Part shown: positions 63,208 to 64,000 of the stretch, in pieces
How positions within the stretch are numbered: the stretch's first letter is position 1
Layout: every line of letters starts with the position of its first letter
Source of the DNA: Mobula hypostoma
Lineage: Eukaryota
Reading direction: 5' to 3'
Assembly: GCF_963921235.1 (NCBI RefSeq)
Contig: NC_086108.1
Coordinates: 31,250,001-31,314,000, forward strand
Length of the DNA: 64,000 bases
Translations under genes and position numbers: made by a program
The notes under the pieces: generated by a model
The model's input: the letters and a program-made list of their open reading frames with translations, nothing else
The model's database searches: none
What the model was told of the DNA's origin: nothing

Positions 63208-64000
63208 CTAACACAGTACATGGAACAGACAGTGCTCAGTAACCCACAATCACAGCACATGGGGAAGACTGTACTCAGTGACACAGCAACACAGCACACG
63301 GGATAGACTGTGCTCAGTAAAACAGGAGCACAGCACGTGGAATAACAGAAGTGCTGTTGAAGAATAGGACCTTCCTTTGTAATGAAGTGTGTTTACACTA
63401 TCGTCTTTCATTCCCATTTTAGAACTATATGTTAAGAAAGCTTTGAGCTTCTGTATAACTGTCTGACTCATTATTCTGAGCATGTTCCTTTTTGGGAGCA
63501 CGTCTATATAAAGCTTTTATTATTTCTTGCCCCAAACAGCATTCGGACGCATGAAAAATTTCTGTTCTAATTTAAATTATTTATTTTCACTTTGGAATTT
63601 ATTTTTCAGAATAAAAATCCCAGACACACAAACACTACAAGAGTAAATTCCAATTAAACTTCACTGAAAATCTGTCAGAATGTATTTTAGTGTTCTTGTG
63701 ATTTCCCATGTTATACTGCAGAAAAAAATCCTTTCCTGTACATTCATGTCTGGGTGTCAATAGTTTATCAGAAGCCATGAAATCTGCAAATGATGTCCTG
63801 AGTCTCCTGTCGCAAGCACTCACTGAGCATTTGCCAAGCACATTATCTTACACCAGCCATTGTAGAGTTGATGACACACACCTTATTGAAAAACATACTG
63901 GTTTATGATCTGTTTTCGTAGTCCAAGCAGAATTCCTTACTGCTGTTTTACATTGGGTCAGCCCTCTTTAAGATAGAAGCTCTGAAATTAAGACTGCACA

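Larger units (their letters stand above)
59405..63340. repeat. 39-bp minisatellite field interrupted by Penelope, RTE and CR1 insertions
   Basis: Degenerate units at 59405-59640, 60280-61137, 62020-62095 and 63210-63340; 11 homogeneous units CTGTGCTCGGTARCACAGTGACATGACTTGTGGGACTGA at 61138-61566. Confidence 0.92.

Overview
Eukaryotic, gene-poor, transposon-dense DNA. The repeat repertoire (many CR1 LINEs, Rex1/Babar-type LINEs, Penelope remnants, V- and Deu-type SINEs) resembles a cartilaginous fish, probably a ray; this is an inference. I found no convincing host exon, rRNA, tRNA gene or CRISPR array, and nearly every ORF in the track is a TE fragment, an antisense shadow of one, or a tandem-repeat translation. 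Main contents: (1) about 12 CR1 copies, including one near full length (45661-49849) and a 2.1-kb tail-to-tail inverted pair. (2) A complete but internally deleted Gmr1-like Gypsy LTR element (28724-33628, GGAT TSD). (3) Two clusters of a HERO-like restriction-like-endonuclease (RLE) retrotransposon. (4) R4/Dong, RTE and L2/Crack fragments, Tc1/mariner and hAT remnants, a 34-bp VNTR and a 39-bp minisatellite. The most interesting signal is in the HERO-like element. Its 3' UTR holds all hammerhead ribozyme core motifs with paired stems I and III in a non-circularly permuted order, its ends are terminally redundant or joined head-to-tail, and one cluster looks like a circular permutation of the other. 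Penelope elements here also carry minimal hammerheads. All calls and identities were made by eye, without computed alignments or folds; most element boundaries are approximate.
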